In this document: piece by piece, positions 1-10,747 of the stretch
How positions within the stretch are numbered: position 1 is the first letter of the stretch
Layout of the letters: each line of letters begins with the position of its first letter
Assembly (NCBI GenBank): GCA_023664455.1
Contig: JAMPFM010000007.1
Span: 13,955 to 77,954 of the forward strand
Source: Blautia sp.
GTDB taxonomy: Bacteria > Bacillota > Clostridia > Lachnospirales > Lachnospiraceae
DNA: 64,000 bases
Reading direction: 5' to 3'
Position numbers and translations under genes: made by a program
Notes under the pieces: generated by a model
What the model was told of the DNA's origin: nothing
What the model saw: only the letters and a program-made list of their open reading frames with translations
Database searches by the model: none

Positions 1-158
1 CAGCGCTGCATGAAGCAGAAGATATCCTGATGGATAAAATGGGATGTATCCCGGTTGCTTACTACAACGACTTCTGGTTACAGAGCGATCAGATTGTTGG
101 TTCCTGGCATTCACCTTATGGCTATTGGTACTTCATGTACGCAGATATTGCTGAATAA
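1..158 (+). CDS. 3' end of peptide ABC transporter substrate-binding protein (OppA-like), partial
   Basis: Open frame from base 3 to TAA 156-158 reads ALHEAEDILMDKMGCIPVAYYNDFWLQ...YWYFMYADIAE, typical of family-5 solute-binding protein C-termini. Truncated by the window edge. Confidence 0.7.
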   Translation, partial: ALHEAEDILMDKMGCIPVAYYNDFWLQSDQIVGSWHSPYGYWYFMYADIAE

Positions 159-218
159 GATGCTGCAGAATCATCATCTGACAGCATGAAAAAGGAATAA
201 AAGCATAAAATATCGAAG

Positions 219-256
219 AAGCAGGTTTTCGTCTGAGAGGATGGAACTTGCTTTTT
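219..256 (+). terminator. Probable intrinsic terminator
   Basis: aagcaggttttcgtc / gatggaacttgctt stem (with G-U pairs) followed by a T run, after the OppA-like stop. Confidence 0.55.
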
Positions 257-320
257 CCATATCATTTCATCATGTAGGTTTTGTTTTGTATGCCGGGAAA
301 GCGGGCGGAAAGGCGCAGCC

Positions 321-1781
321 ATGAAAAGAAAACGGTTTGCCGTACTATTTTTAACGATGTTTATGCTGATTGCGGCTGGATATACCCAAAAAGGAAAGGC
401 GAAGGATTCTACTTATACCTGGAATGAGATGACGATATCTATTCCGGCGTCCTGGGAAGGGAAGTATCTGGTGGAAAAGAGCAAAGATGGTTTTACCCTA
501 TTCCAGTCGGCTTCTTATGAGAAAGAAAAAGGAATGGGCTTTTTGTGCGGATTTTACCGGGTGGATGGAATGGTCATCGATGTGCCCGGCGGTACGCCCC
601 TTGCTTATACTGCTACGCAGACCTATTATATGGTAGAACCTACGGACGTAGCTTATTATTATGAAGATAAAACCATATCCGCCCAATATCATGCCATGTA
701 TGACTGTATCGAGGAAATTGTGGCTTCTTTCGATGTCCGTAAAGAAGGCGTTCAATATAACCCGGAAGAATATATTTTCCCCCTAAGCAATACGATGCCG
801 GTGGAAGAGGAGTATCTGCTGAATTGTTCCGATGACCAGCTTTCCATTGCCAGAAATGAGATTTATGCAAGGCATGGGCGGAAATTTGATAATGTCTATC
901 TGGCGAATTACTTTGCATCCTGCAGTTGGTATGAGGGCACATTGTCGCCGAAGGAATTTGATGAAGCGGTATTTAGCCAGATAGAAAAGGACAATCTGGA
1001 AATCATCAAAAAGGCGGAAGCAGAATATAAAGCAGAGCATCCATATCCCAAAGAGTACAAGGAAGGAATCCGGGTAAGAGAAGACTTAGACGGGGACGGT
1101 GATATGGAACAGATTCGATATTCCGTGAAAGAGCAGAATGCGAACGGACTGTATGAAGGCAGCCTTGTTATCGATGGAAAGAAATATGTGCTGGAAGATT
1201 ATTGTTTCCATTCAGGAGCCTTGGTAGATACGTTTTTTTATGTGACAGATATTTCTCCTTTTTATGAAGGATTGGAAATTGCGATTCTGGATTATGGTCC
1301 AAGTGAAGATTGGGTAACGCATTTTTTTACTTATCAGGATGGACTTACTTATCTCGGTAATGTGGGAGGATTTCCTTTTAAGCGGCTGTCGGGGTATAAT
1401 GGATTTGCCAATGGAGGGGCTGTCATTGGCGAAGTTCGTCTGGATTTTACCCATACGAGTCATGCTTTTGGCTCATGGTGGTATGATTATGCGAATCAGG
1501 AATTAAAATATCAAGATACATTATATTATAACTATATCCCGGATGGTGCGCATCAGCTTCACGAAGATATCACAATTTATACGACGGATAGTCTCAAATC
1601 TGCTAAAATCGTGCTTCCTGCCCAGGATGAAGTCTTCTTTTTGGGGACGGACGGTAAGGAATGGACTTATCTGAAAGGGAAAGACGGTACGAAAGGATAT
1701 ATGCGTATTAAAAATGGAAAAGTAACTGGAACATCCAAGGAAGCGCAGGAGTTATTTTCTGGATTATCTTTTTATGATTGA
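321..1781 (+). CDS. Exported YARHG-domain protein
   Basis: N-terminal signal/TM; ARNEIYARHGRKF motif; DLDGDGD acidic motif; C-terminal SH3b-like W..LKGKDGTKGY. Confidence 0.8.
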   Translation: MKRKRFAVLFLTMFMLIAAGYTQKGKAKDSTYTWNEMTISIPASWEGKYLVEKSKDGFTLFQSASYEKEKGMGFLCGFYRVDGMVIDVPGGTPLAYTATQTYYMVEPTDVAYYYEDKTISAQYHAMYDCIEEIVASFDVRKEGVQYNPEEYIFPLSNTMPVEEEYLLNCSDDQLSIARNEIYARHGRKFDNVYLANYFASCSWYEGTLSPKEFDEAVFSQIEKDNLEIIKKAEAEYKAEHPYPKEYKEGIRVREDLDGDGDMEQIRYSVKEQNANGLYEGSLVIDGKKYVLEDYCFHSGALVDTFFYVTDISPFYEGLEIAILDYGPSEDWVTHFFTYQDGLTYLGNVGGFPFKRLSGYNGFANGGAVIGEVRLDFTHTSHAFGSWWYDYANQELKYQDTLYYNYIPDGAHQLHEDITIYTTDSLKSAKIVLPAQDEVFFLGTDGKEWTYLKGKDGTKGYMRIKNGKVTGTSKEAQELFSGLSFYD

Positions 1782-1801
1782 CAAAAGGAGTTGTTTTTCA
1801 T

Positions 1802-3010
1802 ATGGCTGATTTTCGTGTTGCCGGAAGGCAGTTTCGCACCCAGGCGGATTACAATGCGGCGTTGCGGGACCAGGCGCAGATTGAGGCGATAAAAGCAAAA
1901 GTAAATATGCAGCAGCCGGGGGAAGTGATTGCGCTCTCAGAGCAGCTCTCGTCCGGGAAATACCGGCTGACCACTATGGTTGGAAGGGATTTTAAGGAAG
2001 AAATACAGGAGCTGGCGGATAAGTATCAGAAACAGGGGTATACGAAAGAAAGCAAAGTCAAACCTTCAAAACAGCAAAAAAAGGCGCAAAAGCAAAAAAA
2101 GAGCGGGAAAAGTGCGAGTGCGGGCAGCAAAACAGACAGGAAAGCCAAAACCGAAAAAGATACCCCCACATCTTTAGACCAATACGACGAACAGATGCAG
2201 AAGGAAATCAAAGCGGTCTTAAAGAAAAACGAGCGCAGGAGGAAACTAATTGTTATCCTCTGCGGACTGGTGGCAATCGGCTGTTTCGGATATTACGGGG
2301 TTTATTATTACTTTGCCGATAAAACACAGGCGCAATATCACAATTTGTCGGATTTAAAAGGAAGCAGGGCTCTGGCAGCGCAGCAGCAAGGCGTGACGGT
2401 TCATCTTACGGAAGATGAGGAAATCGAGCTTAATGTACTGGATGAATATGCCACGCTATATAATAAGAACAAACGGTTAATCGGATGGTTGAAAATTGAA
2501 GATACCGAAATCGATTATCCTGTCATGCAGACGACGAATAATGAATATTATCTAGATCATAACTACAATCAGGAATACGATAAAAACGGAAGCCTATTTC
2601 TGGACGCGGACTGCGATATCGTTCACCGCAACACCAATCTGATTATTTATGGTCATCATATGAAATCGGGAAAAATGTTTGGAAACCTGAATAAATACAG
2701 CAGTGAGAGTTATTATAAGGAGCATTCCAAAATCCAGTTTGACACAATTTATGAAAAAGGCTCTTATGAAGTCATGTATGTCTTCCGTTCCAGAATCTAT
2801 AATGAAGACGAAATTGTTTTTAAATATTATCAGTTTTTAGATGCCGTTTCCGAACAGGAGTTTAACTCGAATATGCAGGAAATGGAAGCAATTTCCTTAT
2901 ATGATACAGGCGTTACGGCAAGCTATGGCGACGAGCTTCTGACATTGTCCACATGTGACAATTCCGAAGAAGACGGGCGTTTCGTCGTGGTCGCCAAAAG
3001 AATCGAATAG
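1802..3010 (+). CDS. srtB: Class B sortase with long N-terminal extension
   Basis: GWLKI..T.IDYPV, YL.HN, IIYGHHM..G.MF, catalytic TLSTC and downstream GRFVV. ATG 1802 follows aaggag (ORF track starts at 1778). Confidence 0.88.
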   Translation: MADFRVAGRQFRTQADYNAALRDQAQIEAIKAKVNMQQPGEVIALSEQLSSGKYRLTTMVGRDFKEEIQELADKYQKQGYTKESKVKPSKQQKKAQKQKKSGKSASAGSKTDRKAKTEKDTPTSLDQYDEQMQKEIKAVLKKNERRRKLIVILCGLVAIGCFGYYGVYYYFADKTQAQYHNLSDLKGSRALAAQQQGVTVHLTEDEEIELNVLDEYATLYNKNKRLIGWLKIEDTEIDYPVMQTTNNEYYLDHNYNQEYDKNGSLFLDADCDIVHRNTNLIIYGHHMKSGKMFGNLNKYSSESYYKEHSKIQFDTIYEKGSYEVMYVFRSRIYNEDEIVFKYYQFLDAVSEQEFNSNMQEMEAISLYDTGVTASYGDELLTLSTCDNSEEDGRFVVVAKRIE

Positions 3011-3024
3011 GATTGGAAGATAGC

Positions 3025-3059
3025 CAGGCAGAAAGCAGAAGAAGCTTTCTGCCTGATTT
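3025..3059 (+). terminator. Intrinsic terminator
   Basis: Perfect 12-bp stem caggcagaaagc/gctttctgcctg, 7-nt loop, then atttt. Confidence 0.75.
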
Positions 3060-3136
3060 TCTTGTATAAAAATCAGAATATGGCAAAGACTAGAAGGAAA
3101 TGAAATCACATCTACATCGGAAAGGCGGACAACTTT

Positions 3137-3919
3137 ATGGGAAATAAAAAAAGCGAAAGCGGCAAAAACGACAGCAAAGAAAAAGAAGACGAGAGAAAAA
3201 AGACCAAAGCGGACGCAGAAAAACACCGGGATGAGCGAATTGAGTCCACCGGACAGCTTACGTTGGATGAAAGCGAATCCGCACACAATATTCACCTGAT
3301 TACGATTATCGGTGAAATCGAGGGACATGACAATCTTGCCAGTACTTCCAAAACGACGAAATACGAGCATATTCTGCCTCAGCTTGCGGCAATAGAAGAT
3401 AGTAAAAAGATAGATGGCGTATTGATTTTATTAAATACGATGGGCGGGGACGTGGAAGCAGGACTCGCGATTGCAGAAATGATTGCTTCTCTCAGTAAAC
3501 CCACCGTTTCTCTTGTATTAGGCGGCAGCCACTCCATCGGCGTGCCCATCGCTGCCAGTACGGACTATTCCTACATCGTCCCGACAGGAACGATGGTTAT
3601 TCATCCGGTGCGGTTAAACGGCATGGTTATCGGCGTACAGCAGACTTTCGATTATTTTAAGCAGATTCAGAACCGGATTACAGGCTTTGTATGCGAACAT
3701 TGTAAAATTTCCAAATCCCGGTTAGAAGAGCTGATGATGGAAACCGGAATGCTGACGAAAGACGTAGGAACCGTCCTTGTGGGCAAAGAAGCCGTAGAAG
3801 AAGGCATTATTAATGAAGTAGGCGGAATTAAGGACGCTATCAGACAGCTTCATACTATGGTGGAACGAAAAAAGGCGGATAAAAAAGCTGATAAAAAAGC
3901 TGATACAAATAAAGGATGA
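3137..3919 (+). CDS. tepA: ClpP-like protease, TepA family
   Basis: ClpP-fold motifs IIGEIEGH, LNT.GGDV.AGLAIAE, GGSHSIGV (Ser), MVIHP (His). Lies directly upstream of spoIIIE/ftsK as in Bacillus. Confidence 0.8.
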   Translation: MGNKKSESGKNDSKEKEDERKKTKADAEKHRDERIESTGQLTLDESESAHNIHLITIIGEIEGHDNLASTSKTTKYEHILPQLAAIEDSKKIDGVLILLNTMGGDVEAGLAIAEMIASLSKPTVSLVLGGSHSIGVPIAASTDYSYIVPTGTMVIHPVRLNGMVIGVQQTFDYFKQIQNRITGFVCEHCKISKSRLEELMMETGMLTKDVGTVLVGKEAVEEGIINEVGGIKDAIRQLHTMVERKKADKKADKKADTNKG

Positions 3920-3944
3920 CAAGTAAATTTGAAAATGATATACT
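3916..3944 (+). promoter_or_regulatory. Putative sigma-A promoter for ftsK
   Basis: ATGACA-17 bp-TATACT with an extended -10 TG. Confidence 0.5.
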
Positions 3945-4007
3945 AATGTGAGGTTTATTGGTTACAAAATAAACTCGATAGCTAAGAGAAAGGCATGGTT
4001 ATTGGTC

Positions 4008-6665
4008 ATGGCAGCGAATCAGGGAAGAGGCGCGGGCACGAGAAAAAGACAAACCGGTGGTTCCACCGCAAAAAAGACAACGAATCGTTCAAATAGACGT
4101 AACGTGGCAGATAAAGGCAGACAAAAACGGGACGAACCGATGGACTTGGCAATCCGTAATGAAATTTTGCTGATTGCGCTGTTGGCCGTAGCCGTTATCC
4201 TGTTTTTCTGTAATTTTGGCGTAGTCGGCAAAGTCGGAAATGCAGTCAGCAGTTTTTTGTTTGGTCTATTCGGGCTTACGGCATATGTCGCTCCAATCAT
4301 CATTTTTCTGGCGATTGCTTTTGGAATGTCCAATATCGGAAATCATGTCGCAACGAGAAAACTGGTGGCGGGAACCGTTCTTTTTCTGGAAATCGGAATC
4401 GTCTGCGAATTAATCAGTGCAAAATATACGCAGACGACTACTTATGAGCTTCTGGAAATTTATAAAAGATGTAGTGAAATGCGAAGCGGCGGCGGTATTA
4501 TCGCCGGTTCCGCCGCCTATGCCTGCTATAAATTGCTGGGGATGGTCGGAACCATTCTTGCGCTGATTGTTATCTGTATTATCTGCGTCGTGATTATGAC
4601 GGAAAAATCTTTTATTAAAGGCGTGACCACACAGGGCAGGAAAGTTTACGAGCGTTCTATGGAAGATGCCGCTTACCGGCGGGAGCGGGCAAGGGAAAGA
4701 CGGGACGCGATGGAAGAGCGCCGGGCAAAAGAAGCCCAGCGCAAACAGCAGTTGGCGGAAGAAAAAGAGAATGAGAAAATTCTCAGGATGGATAAGAAAG
4801 TGTCCGGCGTCATGCTGGATACCGCCTTAAATGCCACTTCTACAAAAGAAAACGAGAATACCACGAAGATTCGTGATGATATACATGAAATAACGATAAA
4901 CGATGCAGTGGAACTGGAAGAAGAACCGGAGCAAGAAATCCCTGCCATAAAAAAGCAGGATACATATCATTTTATTGAGAGCGAATCAGATGAATTGGAT
5001 GAAGTAAAACTACCGGAGTCATCCTTTGAGGAAACGTATCCTCAAAACAGAGTCCGTCCTCTCGCTAGTCTTTCCAAGCCGGCTCCTTCCGTATCGACAG
5101 ACAGCGCTGAAAAATATCGTGAAGAGAATCGCGAAAAAGTTGGCATCGTAGAAGAGACACCCAAAGTAGAAGGAAAGATGCCGAAACAGTATCATTTCCC
5201 GCCGCTTAGCAGGCTTGCCAAAGGAAAAGGGAAGAACAATGCCAATTCAGACAAGGAGCTGCGGGATACGGCAATCAGATTACAGCAGACGTTAAATACT
5301 TTCGGTGTTAAAGTCACGGTTACGGATATCAGTCAGGGACCCGCCGTCACGAGATATGAGTTACAGCCCGAACAAGGCGTCAAAGTCAGTAAAATCGTGG
5401 GGCTTGCCGACGATATCAAGTTAAACCTTGCCGCTACGGATATCCGAATCGAAGCGCCGATTCCGGGAAAGGCGGCGGTAGGCATTGAAGTGCCCAATAA
5501 GGAAAACTCTGCTGTTGCGTTGAGAGACTTGCTGGAATCCAAGGAATTTCGGGAATTTCCGTCCAATCTTGCTTTTGCGGTGGGGAAAGATATTGCCGGG
5601 AAAATCGTTGTAGCAGATATCGCCAAGATGCCGCATATGCTGATTGCAGGGGCGACTGGCTCTGGAAAATCGGTATGCATTAACACCATCATTATGAGTA
5701 TTTTGTATAAGGCGCACCCAGACGACGTCAAATTAATTATGGTAGACCCGAAAGTCGTGGAATTGAGCGTCTATAATGGGATTCCGCATCTATTGATTCC
5801 AGTTGTCACAGACCCGAAGAAGGCGGCGGCGGCACTCCATTGGGGCGTTGCAGAGATGACGGAGCGCTACAAGAAATTTGCAGATTATAATGTTCGTGAT
5901 TTGAAAGGATATAATAAGAAAGTCGAGAGTCTACAGGCGGAAGGAGCAGAGGATGCTCCGCAGAAAATGCCCCAGATTCTGATTATTGTGGACGAGCTGG
6001 CGGATTTGATGATGGTTGCGCCCGGAGAGGTAGAAGAGTCTATCTGTCGTCTGGCACAGCTTGCAAGAGCCTGCGGTATCCATTTGATTATTGCCACACA
6101 GCGTCCGTCCGTTGACGTTATCACCGGTCTGATTAAGGCGAATATGCCCAGCCGCGTTGCCTTTGCCGTTTCTAGCGGCGTAGATTCCAGGACGATTCTG
6201 GATATGGTAGGCGCGGAAAAACTTCTCGGAAAAGGCGATATGTTGTTCTATCCCCAAGGGTATCCGAAACCGGCAAGGGTTCAGGGTGCGTTTGTATCCG
6301 ATAAGGAAGTGTCCGACGTTGTGGATTTTCTAAAAAATCAGGAAATCGGCAATATATATAATGAAGATATTGAAGAAAAGATTAAAAATATCGACAGCGC
6401 TTCTCCCGGCGGCGGAACGGGAGCTTCCGACAGCGGCTCAGAATATGATCAGTATTTTGTGGAAGCCGGCAGATTTATCATTGAGAAAGATAAGGCTTCG
6501 ATTGGTATGTTACAGAGGATGTTTAAAATCGGCTTTAACCGGGCGGCAAGAATTATGGACCAATTATGTGACGTTGGCGTCGTAGGAGAAGAAGAAGGCA
6601 CAAAGCCCCGCAAAGTATTGATGTCTATGGAAGAATTTGAACAATTGGTAGAAGAGATTATCTAA
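4008..6665 (+). CDS. ftsK: DNA translocase FtsK/SpoIIIE
   Basis: N-terminal TM segments, acidic linker, GPAVTRYE, Walker [25 protein letters not shown]-terminal gamma domain ([21 protein letters not shown]). Likely start 4008. Confidence 0.95.
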   Translation: MAANQGRGAGTRKRQTGGSTAKKTTNRSNRRNVADKGRQKRDEPMDLAIRNEILLIALLAVAVILFFCNFGVVGKVGNAVSSFLFGLFGLTAYVAPIIIFLAIAFGMSNIGNHVATRKLVAGTVLFLEIGIVCELISAKYTQTTTYELLEIYKRCSEMRSGGGIIAGSAAYACYKLLGMVGTILALIVICIICVVIMTEKSFIKGVTTQGRKVYERSMEDAAYRRERARERRDAMEERRAKEAQRKQQLAEEKENEKILRMDKKVSGVMLDTALNATSTKENENTTKIRDDIHEITINDAVELEEEPEQEIPAIKKQDTYHFIESESDELDEVKLPESSFEETYPQNRVRPLASLSKPAPSVSTDSAEKYREENREKVGIVEETPKVEGKMPKQYHFPPLSRLAKGKGKNNANSDKELRDTAIRLQQTLNTFGVKVTVTDISQGPAVTRYELQPEQGVKVSKIVGLADDIKLNLAATDIRIEAPIPGKAAVGIEVPNKENSAVALRDLLESKEFREFPSNLAFAVGKDIAGKIVVADIAKMPHMLIAGATGSGKSVCINTIIMSILYKAHPDDVKLIMVDPKVVELSVYNGIPHLLIPVVTDPKKAAAALHWGVAEMTERYKKFADYNVRDLKGYNKKVESLQAEGAEDAPQKMPQILIIVDELADLMMVAPGEVEESICRLAQLARACGIHLIIATQRPSVDVITGLIKANMPSRVAFAVSSGVDSRTILDMVGAEKLLGKGDMLFYPQGYPKPARVQGAFVSDKEVSDVVDFLKNQEIGNIYNEDIEEKIKNIDSASPGGGTGASDSGSEYDQYFVEAGRFIIEKDKASIGMLQRMFKIGFNRAARIMDQLCDVGVVGEEEGTKPRKVLMSMEEFEQLVEEII

Positions 6666-6681
6666 AGGGGGGATATTCCAA

Positions 6682-8352
6682 ATGAAATCAGATATTGAGA
6701 TTGCGCAGGAAGCGGTTTTAAAACCGATTACTGAAATCGCCGGATTACTTGGAATCCGGGTGGAAGATTTGGAATTGTACGGAAAATATAAGGCAAAACT
6801 TTCTGACGAATACATAGAAAGCATCAAAGACAACCCTGACGGAAAGCTGATTCTTGTAACAGCAATTAATCCGACTCCTGCAGGAGAAGGGAAGACCACT
6901 ACCAGCATCGGTCTCGGAGAGGCATTCGGGAAGCTTGGGAAAAAAGCGATTCTGACGCTGCGGGAGCCTTCCCTTGGTCCTTGCTTTGGCATCAAAGGCG
7001 GCGCTGCCGGCGGCGGATATGCGCAAGTGGTTCCGATGGAGGATTTGAATCTTCATTTTACAGGCGATTTCCATGCAATTACTTCGGCAAATAACCTGCT
7101 TGCCGCTTTGTTAGACAATCATATCCAACAAGGAAACGACTTAGGCATCGATACGAGACAAGTTGTCTGGAAACGGTGTCTGGATATGAACGACAGGGTA
7201 CTTAGGAATATCGTCATAGGTCTTGGCAGCAAGGCGGACGGCATGGTACGGGAAGACCATTTCGTCATAACGGTGGCCTCAGAAATTATGGCGATTCTCT
7301 GTCTTGCAGAAGATTTGCATGATTTAAAAGAACGGCTGGGTAGAATTATCGTTGCGTATACTTATAAGGGAAAACCGGTGACTGCAAAAGATTTAAATGC
7401 GGTAGGCGCAATGGCGGCTCTTTTAAAAGATGCGATGAAACCCAATCTGATTCAGACGCTGGAACATACTCCGGCGCTCGTACATGGCGGTCCCTTCGCC
7501 AATATTGCGCATGGGTGCAACTCTGTCAGGGCGACGAAAACCGCGCTGAAAATGGCGGACTATGTCATTACGGAAGCAGGTTTCGGCGCAGATTTAGGCG
7601 CGGAGAAGTTTTTTGATATCAAATGTAAGATAGCGGACTTAAAGCCGGATGCTGCCGTCTTAGTGGCGACTGTCAGAGCCTTAAAATATAACGGCGGTAT
7701 CGCCAAAGAATCTTTAGGAGAACCGGATTTAGAGGCGTTACAAAGAGGTATTGTCAATTTGGAAAAACATATTGAGAATCTGCAGAAATATCAGATACCG
7801 ATTATTGTTACTTTAAACGCTTTCGTGACGGATACGGAAGAAGAACTGGCGTATGTGAAGCAGTTTTGTGAAGAAAAAGGCTGCGCGTTTGCCCTTTCCG
7901 AAGTCTGGGAAAAGGGAGGGGAAGGCGGAATTGCACTTGCCAGACAGGTTTTGGACACTTTAGAACAGAAACCTTCCAATTTCCAGCTGCTCTATGAAGC
8001 TTCCCTTTCTCTCAAAGATAAGATTCAGAAAGTTGCGAAAGAAATTTACGGGGCAAGAGACGTCGTTTACATGCCATTAGCCAATACCCAGCTACAGAAG
8101 TTAGAAGAGCTTGGCTTTGGCAATCTGCCGGTCTGCATGGCAAAGACGCAGTATTCTTTATCGGATAATCCCGCGCTCCTTGGCAGACCCGAAAATTTTG
8201 ATATTACGATTCGGGAAGTATATGTATCCGCAGGAGCGGGCTTTGTCGTCGTGTTAACCGGCGCGGTAATGACCATGCCAGGGCTTCCGAAGAAACCTGC
8301 GGCTTATGGAATCGACGTCAATGATAACGGAGTTATAACAGGTCTGTTTTAA
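6682..8352 (+). CDS. fhs: Formate--tetrahydrofolate ligase
   Basis: [46 protein letters not shown] signatures. Confidence 0.97.
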   Translation: MKSDIEIAQEAVLKPITEIAGLLGIRVEDLELYGKYKAKLSDEYIESIKDNPDGKLILVTAINPTPAGEGKTTTSIGLGEAFGKLGKKAILTLREPSLGPCFGIKGGAAGGGYAQVVPMEDLNLHFTGDFHAITSANNLLAALLDNHIQQGNDLGIDTRQVVWKRCLDMNDRVLRNIVIGLGSKADGMVREDHFVITVASEIMAILCLAEDLHDLKERLGRIIVAYTYKGKPVTAKDLNAVGAMAALLKDAMKPNLIQTLEHTPALVHGGPFANIAHGCNSVRATKTALKMADYVITEAGFGADLGAEKFFDIKCKIADLKPDAAVLVATVRALKYNGGIAKESLGEPDLEALQRGIVNLEKHIENLQKYQIPIIVTLNAFVTDTEEELAYVKQFCEEKGCAFALSEVWEKGGEGGIALARQVLDTLEQKPSNFQLLYEASLSLKDKIQKVAKEIYGARDVVYMPLANTQLQKLEELGFGNLPVCMAKTQYSLSDNPALLGRPENFDITIREVYVSAGAGFVVVLTGAVMTMPGLPKKPAAYGIDVNDNGVITGLF

Positions 8353-8378
8353 GAGACGGAAAGGACAGGGGAAGAAAA

Positions 8379-9224
8379 ATGGCTCAAATCATAGACGGAA
8401 AAGCAATTTCCGCACAGATAAAAGAAGAATTGAAAGAAAAAGTTTCGGCAATGAAAAAGGATGGAATTACCTTATGTCTTGCGGTAATCCAGGTCGGAAA
8501 CGATGCTGCTTCCAGCGTATATGTGGGCAATAAGAAAAAAGCCTGCGCCTATATCGGTATCGATTCTTTAGCTTATGAACTGCCTGAGGATACGACGCAG
8601 GAAGAGCTGCTTTCGCTCATTGGGGAATTAAACGGCAGAAAAGACGTAAACGGCATTCTGGTGCAGCTTCCCCTTCCCAGCCATATCAAAGAAGAAGAAG
8701 TCATCCGCGCAATCGACCCGAAAAAGGACGTGGACGGTTTTCATCCGCAAAGCGTCGGCGCACTCTGCATTGGGCAGCCGGGATTTGTTTCCTGCACGCC
8801 CGCAGGGATTATACAGCTTTTAAAGCGTTCTGGAATTTCTATCGAAGGCAAAGAATGTGTTGTTATCGGAAGAAGCAATATCGTTGGAAAGCCAATGGCG
8901 CTTTTATTGCTTAGGGAAAACGGCACAGTAACAATCACCCATTCCAGGACCAGGGATTTAAAAGAAGTAACCAGACGTGCGGATATTTTAATCGTAGCAA
9001 TCGGAAAACCCCGGATGATAACGCGGGAATATGTAAAAGAAGGCGCTGTCGTTATTGATGTGGGAATCCATAGAAACGAAAACAATAAATTATGCGGCGA
9101 TGTGGACTATGACGATGTCTATCCTATCTGTAGCGCCATTACCCCCGTACCGGGCGGAGTAGGACCGATGACGATTGCCATGTTGATGCATAATTGTGTG
9201 GAGTCGGCAGTGATAAACGGCTAG
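8379..9224 (+). CDS. folD: Bifunctional methylene-THF dehydrogenase / methenyl-THF cyclohydrolase
   Basis: GILVQLPLP, KDVDGFHP, GRSNIVGKP, TPVPGGVGPMT. Confidence 0.97.
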   Translation: MAQIIDGKAISAQIKEELKEKVSAMKKDGITLCLAVIQVGNDAASSVYVGNKKKACAYIGIDSLAYELPEDTTQEELLSLIGELNGRKDVNGILVQLPLPSHIKEEEVIRAIDPKKDVDGFHPQSVGALCIGQPGFVSCTPAGIIQLLKRSGISIEGKECVVIGRSNIVGKPMALLLLRENGTVTITHSRTRDLKEVTRRADILIVAIGKPRMITREYVKEGAVVIDVGIHRNENNKLCGDVDYDDVYPICSAITPVPGGVGPMTIAMLMHNCVESAVING

Positions 9225-9237
9225 AAAGGTGCAGCCT

Positions 9238-10680
9238 ATGAAATGCCCAAGCTGTGGGAAAGAAATGAAAGAGGGAAATCTGATTTGCGAAGCCTGCGGA
9301 AATGAAATTCAGATTGTGCCCGATTTTGAACTGGAAATTGAAAACAGCATAACGGAAACGCTCTCTACGCTTGCCGCCCTACAGGATGAGGAAGAAACGG
9401 TTAACGAAGAACAGGATATCCCGGACATAGATACGAAGGAAGCAGAAAAGAAGAAAACAGGCAGACGTCGCAAAGTAAAGTATATCGTGGCGGCAGTCAT
9501 CGTCATCCTGCTTATAGTTTCCGGTTATTCTCTTTATTCCTATCATATCGGAACCGTATCTTATCAGATTGACAAAGCGAAAGAATACGCGGCACAGGGA
9601 CTGTATGAACAGGCGATTGCTTATCTGGATATTGCCTATGAAAAAGACGATACCCTGGCGCAGATTCTATTCTTAAAAGCCGATTACTATTATCTGATGT
9701 TTCATAACGAATCGGCGGTGCAGGCATTAAAACAGGTGATTGACAGCGGCATTTATTCTTATGAAGAAATAGAAGAAGCCTATGGTAAAATTATCGCCAT
9801 TTATAAGCAGGAAGAGCGGTATGAGGATATTAACGAGCTCTTACTGGCATGCCGGGAAGATGCGATTGTCAATATGTTCCAGGGTTATTTAGCGAAAGCG
9901 CCGGAGTTTAGTTATGTAGAGGGCAATTATGCGGAAGTGATTCCACTTAAACTAAGCTCCAATACTTCCGGGACAATTTATTATACCACAGACGGCTCCA
10001 CGCCGAATGAATCTTCCCAAGTTTATACGGCACCCCTGTTTCTGGAAAATGGAGATTATACGATAAAAGCCTTTTTTGTCAATGATTACGGCATCAAAAG
10101 CGAGATAGTCAGCAAAACTTACCACGTCAGCCTGGAAGTGCCGAACGCCCCGGAAGTAGCTCTCTACAGCGGGGAATATACAGAGCCCATGATGATTACC
10201 ATAACCAGACAGGCAGGGTGCACCACCTATTATACGACGGATGGCTCAGATCCTACCAAGGACAGCGTCCCCTATACCGGTCCGATTCCAATGCCTCTTG
10301 GAACTACGCAATTTAAATTTATCAACATCAATCAAGAAGGCGTTGCCAGCGATGTCATGATGCGTACCTATACACTGACTTTACAGGATGCCATTTCTAC
10401 ACAGGAAGCGGTGGATAGGCTGATTGGCAGACTTGTGGAAATCGGTTATCTGGCAAGCGCAGACGGCAGGGCGTCCCAGCAAAACGGCGTCTACAGTTAT
10501 CAGGTCAGCTCCGTCTTACAAATAGGGGAGGACGTTTATTTTACGATTTATGAATATTATGATGACGGAACCGGGATTATGAACCGGATGGATAAAGTTT
10601 TTCTCGTACAAGCATATACGGGAGAGGTTGCAAGACTTGGCTATGACGAGGACGGCGCATTTGTCGCTTCTTCCTTGTAA
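9238..10680 (+). CDS. Membrane-anchored protein: zinc ribbon, TM, TPR-like helices, two chitobiase/Fn3-associated repeats
   Basis: CPSCG...CEACG; TM at about aa 85-105; repeats IYYTTDGSTP and TYYTTDGSDP. Confidence 0.75.
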   Translation: MKCPSCGKEMKEGNLICEACGNEIQIVPDFELEIENSITETLSTLAALQDEEETVNEEQDIPDIDTKEAEKKKTGRRRKVKYIVAAVIVILLIVSGYSLYSYHIGTVSYQIDKAKEYAAQGLYEQAIAYLDIAYEKDDTLAQILFLKADYYYLMFHNESAVQALKQVIDSGIYSYEEIEEAYGKIIAIYKQEERYEDINELLLACREDAIVNMFQGYLAKAPEFSYVEGNYAEVIPLKLSSNTSGTIYYTTDGSTPNESSQVYTAPLFLENGDYTIKAFFVNDYGIKSEIVSKTYHVSLEVPNAPEVALYSGEYTEPMMITITRQAGCTTYYTTDGSDPTKDSVPYTGPIPMPLGTTQFKFININQEGVASDVMMRTYTLTLQDAISTQEAVDRLIGRLVEIGYLASADGRASQQNGVYSYQVSSVLQIGEDVYFTIYEYYDDGTGIMNRMDKVFLVQAYTGEVARLGYDEDGAFVASSL

Positions 10681-10687
10681 AAAAGTA

Positions 10688-10716
10688 TTGCAAAATTATG
10701 CTGCTTCCTTTATCAT
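10688..10716 (+). promoter_or_regulatory. Putative sigma-A promoter for nfnAB
   Basis: TTGCAA-17 bp-TATCAT. Confidence 0.55.
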
Positions 10717-10747
10717 TAAAAAGATGTAACAATTGGAGGGTATAGAA

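Noticed and set aside
10675-10693. Rex-like dyad ttgtaa-N7-ttgcaa upstream of nfnA
   Set aside because: One base too long and several mismatches to TTGTGAA-N4-TTCACAA, in AT-rich DNA.
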